The position numbers and the translations under genes were made by a program. Under the pieces are notes generated by a model, which saw only the letters and a list, made by a program, of their open reading frames with translations, was not told where the DNA came from and ran no database searches. Source: a virus (Duplodnaviria > Caudoviricetes). Taken from it: DNA of 37,059 nt. Each line of letters opens with the position of its first letter. Within the stretch, counting starts at the first letter, position 1. Location of the stretch: IMG/VR virus record IMGVR_UViG_3300037482_000251, positions 1-37,059 of that record; one strand, 5' to 3'. This document shows positions 34,778 through 37,059 of the stretch, one piece after another.

Positions 34778-36031
34778 ATGGGAACCACTATCACCCCCTC
34801 GGCCGTCCTCGCCCCGCGGCAATCGCTGGGCTACGGCGGCGTGTGGCAAGGCCACCCGGGGCATGGTGCGTCCATCGAAACGCTCAAGGCTGTGGAGCGG
34901 TTGGCCGAGCAGGGCCGGCCCGCGCAGCAGTGCGACCTTTACGACGATCTCATTCAGCGTGATGATGCCCTGGCCGGCCTCGTGCGAGCTCGCACCGCGG
35001 CGCTCTCCGGCAGGCCATCCGCCATCATCCCCGGCGGCGATGACCTGGACAGCCAGGCAGCCGCGGAAATCTTCGCCGAGCTGTGGGACGATCTGCCCGC
35101 GCGCCGCGTGATCTCGCACCATGCCCGCTCGGCGAACGTGTACGGGTGGGCATGCAGCGAAATCGAATGGACGTGGACCGGCACGCGCTACGACCCTACC
35201 GACCTGTATCAGATCCGCTCGCGCTTCTTCCGCATCGCGACCGAGTTCGATCGCGTGGTTGTGGGCGCGGTGCCGGATGAGCTGCTGCCCCAGATTGGGC
35301 TGTACGAGCACGAGGTCGCTCGGATGATACCGGGCAAGTGGATCGTCACGCGGGCCAACGACTCGGAGCTTGTAGCCCGGTCGAGCCTGATGCGCCCCTC
35401 GGCCCTCGCGTCGATTCTCAAGTCCATGGGCTGGGCCGGATGGCTGATGTTCGTCAACCGCTACGGGCTGCCCTTCGCAATCGCGAAGGTGCACGACTTC
35501 GCCAACGCGCAGGACGTGGCCACCGCACGAGGCATCCTAGAGTCCCTGGGGCGCGACGCCGGTGCAGTGGTTGCCGAAAACAGCAAGGTCACGCTCGACC
35601 TGAAAGACGGCGCGCAGCCTTCCAGGGCTGCATCGAGCGACGTGCATCAGCGGTTTGTTGATGGGCTCAATACCGGGCTCACCCGCATCTGGAACGGCGG
35701 CGTGCTGGCCAGCGAGGCCGGCGGCAACGGCTCCTTCGCGCAGGCCAAGGTGCACGACGGCATCAGGGTGGGCAACATCCGAGAGGATGCCGACCGGGTT
35801 GCCGATTCGATCCGAGAACACCTGATCAAGCCCTGGATGCGCATCAACGCCATCCGTGGCAAAGCCCCCCACCTGAGCATCAAGCTATCCCAGGTCCAGG
35901 ACGCCGAGACCGCGGTCAAGCTCCTGGTCGAGCTGGACAAGCTCGGAATACAGGGGGACCTGCAGCAGATCCAGGACCTGACGGGCCTGAAGCTCACAGC
36001 AAAGGAAAGCCCCAGTGGCCAAGCCGAATGA
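34778..36031 (+). CDS. Portal protein, Mu gp29/DUF935-like
   Basis: AEQG...DLYDDL..RD, YGWACSEIEW, WLMFVNRYGLP and GSFAQAKVH motifs. Confidence 0.9.
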   Translation: MGTTITPSAVLAPRQSLGYGGVWQGHPGHGASIETLKAVERLAEQGRPAQQCDLYDDLIQRDDALAGLVRARTAALSGRPSAIIPGGDDLDSQAAAEIFAELWDDLPARRVISHHARSANVYGWACSEIEWTWTGTRYDPTDLYQIRSRFFRIATEFDRVVVGAVPDELLPQIGLYEHEVARMIPGKWIVTRANDSELVARSSLMRPSALASILKSMGWAGWLMFVNRYGLPFAIAKVHDFANAQDVATARGILESLGRDAGAVVAENSKVTLDLKDGAQPSRAASSDVHQRFVDGLNTGLTRIWNGGVLASEAGGNGSFAQAKVHDGIRVGNIREDADRVADSIREHLIKPWMRINAIRGKAPHLSIKLSQVQDAETAVKLLVELDKLGIQGDLQQIQDLTGLKLTAKESPSGQAE

Positions 36032-37059
36032 CGCATTGATTGCCAGCGCGATGCACGAGCACGCTCGTGTATCCGCCATCAGCTACGCCCTGGCCGGCCA
36101 GGACGGGGCTGTAAGCCTTGCCGCCGGTGAGGACAAGGACGCCCAGCGCAAAGACCTCCTGGCCCGTCTGCGGGCGGGTGAGCCCATCGAGCTGGTCATC
36201 ACCGCCGAGACATACGCCCAGGGTGAAGGCGTCCGCAACGTCAACAACGTGGAGATGTCGAATGCAGCGCTCGCCGGCCTGGCGAAGACTGCATCAAATA
36301 CGCCATTTCAACGGGACCACAGTCTGGCCACCGAGGATAACGGCGGCTTCGTCGTCAAGTCCAAGGTGGAGAACCGCGACGGCGTGCGCGTGCTGGTCGA
36401 GGATATCAGGCTCTCGGCCCGCTGGGCAGTGGAAGCCGTGCTCGAGGAGCGCATGCGCGCATTCTCGATCTCGTGGCGCGCCATGTCGCTCGACGACGTG
36501 ATGTGCAGCCAGTGCAACGCAGGCATTGCGAAGTGCAACCACTACCCCGGCGATCGGTATGCCGCCAAGAACGGCGAAGAGCTGATCACGAGATTTGTCT
36601 ACAAGTCGGCCGAGTGGCGGGAGCGCTCGTGGGTAATCAACCCCGCGGTGCGCAACGTCACCGGCACCCGCGACTGGGCCCAGCTCGCCGAGCTGCGCGA
36701 GGCCCGCAACCCTTCCGAGAAGACGGAGCACAACAAGATGGATAAGATTGCAAAGCTGCTGGGCCTGAACGAGGACGCATCGGCCGAGAACGTTGCGGCC
36801 AAGGTGCATGATCTGGTCGTGGCCCAGGAGACCCTGGCCGCCCGCGTCGATGACCTCACCGAGGAGCTGAAGGACCGCAACGAAGTGGCGGACAAGCTCA
36901 AGGCTGCCGAGGAGAAGCTGGCCGCCGTGGAGACCGCCAAGCTCTCGGCCGAAGCCGACAGCGAGATCGAGCGGCTGGTCAAGGATGGCCGCCTGCGCGC
37001 CGGGGGCAAGCAGGAAGCACTCGTCCGCAAGCTGTACTCGACGAGCCCCGAGCTGGCCC
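36015..37059 (+). CDS. Prohead protease/scaffold fusion, N-terminal part (continues at position 128 after the overlap)
   Basis: GTG start with AAGGA RBS; PFQRDH, FSISW and ERSWVINPAV protease motifs; CSQC...CNHYPG insert; missing from the ORF track because it has no stop inside the window. Confidence 0.85.
   Translation, partial: MAKPNDALIASAMHEHARVSAISYALAGQDGAVSLAAGEDKDAQRKDLLARLRAGEPIELVITAETYAQGEGVRNVNNVEMSNAALAGLAKTASNTPFQRDHSLATEDNGGFVVKSKVENRDGVRVLVEDIRLSARWAVEAVLEERMRAFSISWRAMSLDDVMCSQCNAGIAKCNHYPGDRYAAKNGEELITRFVYKSAEWRERSWVINPAVRNVTGTRDWAQLAELREARNPSEKTEHNKMDKIAKLLGLNEDASAENVAAKVHDLVVAQETLAARVDDLTEELKDRNEVADKLKAAEEKLAAVETAKLSAEADSEIERLVKDGRLRAGGKQEALVRKLYSTSPELA
36933..37059. repeat. 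127-bp terminal duplication, copy 2
   Basis: Identical to 1-127. Confidence 0.95.

Overview
This is a complete, circularly closed, GC-rich phage genome of about 36,932 bp: bases 1-127 are identical to 36933-37059, and the prohead protease ORF reads across the join. Head and contractile-tail genes follow the Mu order (DUF935 portal, protease/scaffold, gpT-like capsid, gp36/gpG/gp37/gp38, sheath, tube, frameshifting chaperone, tape measure, gpN/gpP/gp45/gp46/gp47/gp48-like), followed by a lysis module and lipoprotein cargo. I recognise no transposase, integrase or ParA. Replication appears to rely on a RepB'-type primase fused to an SF3 helicase, a TGTCACA iteron origin and two ribbon-helix-helix proteins. 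Several proteins resemble myxobacterial families, so a Myxococcota host is inferred. Main observations: (1) a repeated promoter-like motif, AAACC-N22/23-TA, lying exactly 39 nt before five start codons that lack a Shine-Dalgarno site, probably a leaderless regulon read by a phage sigma-like factor; (2) a baseplate wedge protein carrying LamG-like and FG-GAP propeller modules; (3) an ORF that looks like an i-spanin and o-spanin fused in frame; (4) two plus-strand structured RNA-like elements upstream of, and antisense to, the primase gene; (5) three lipoprotein cargo genes. All family assignments come from motif recognition and synteny, not database searches.
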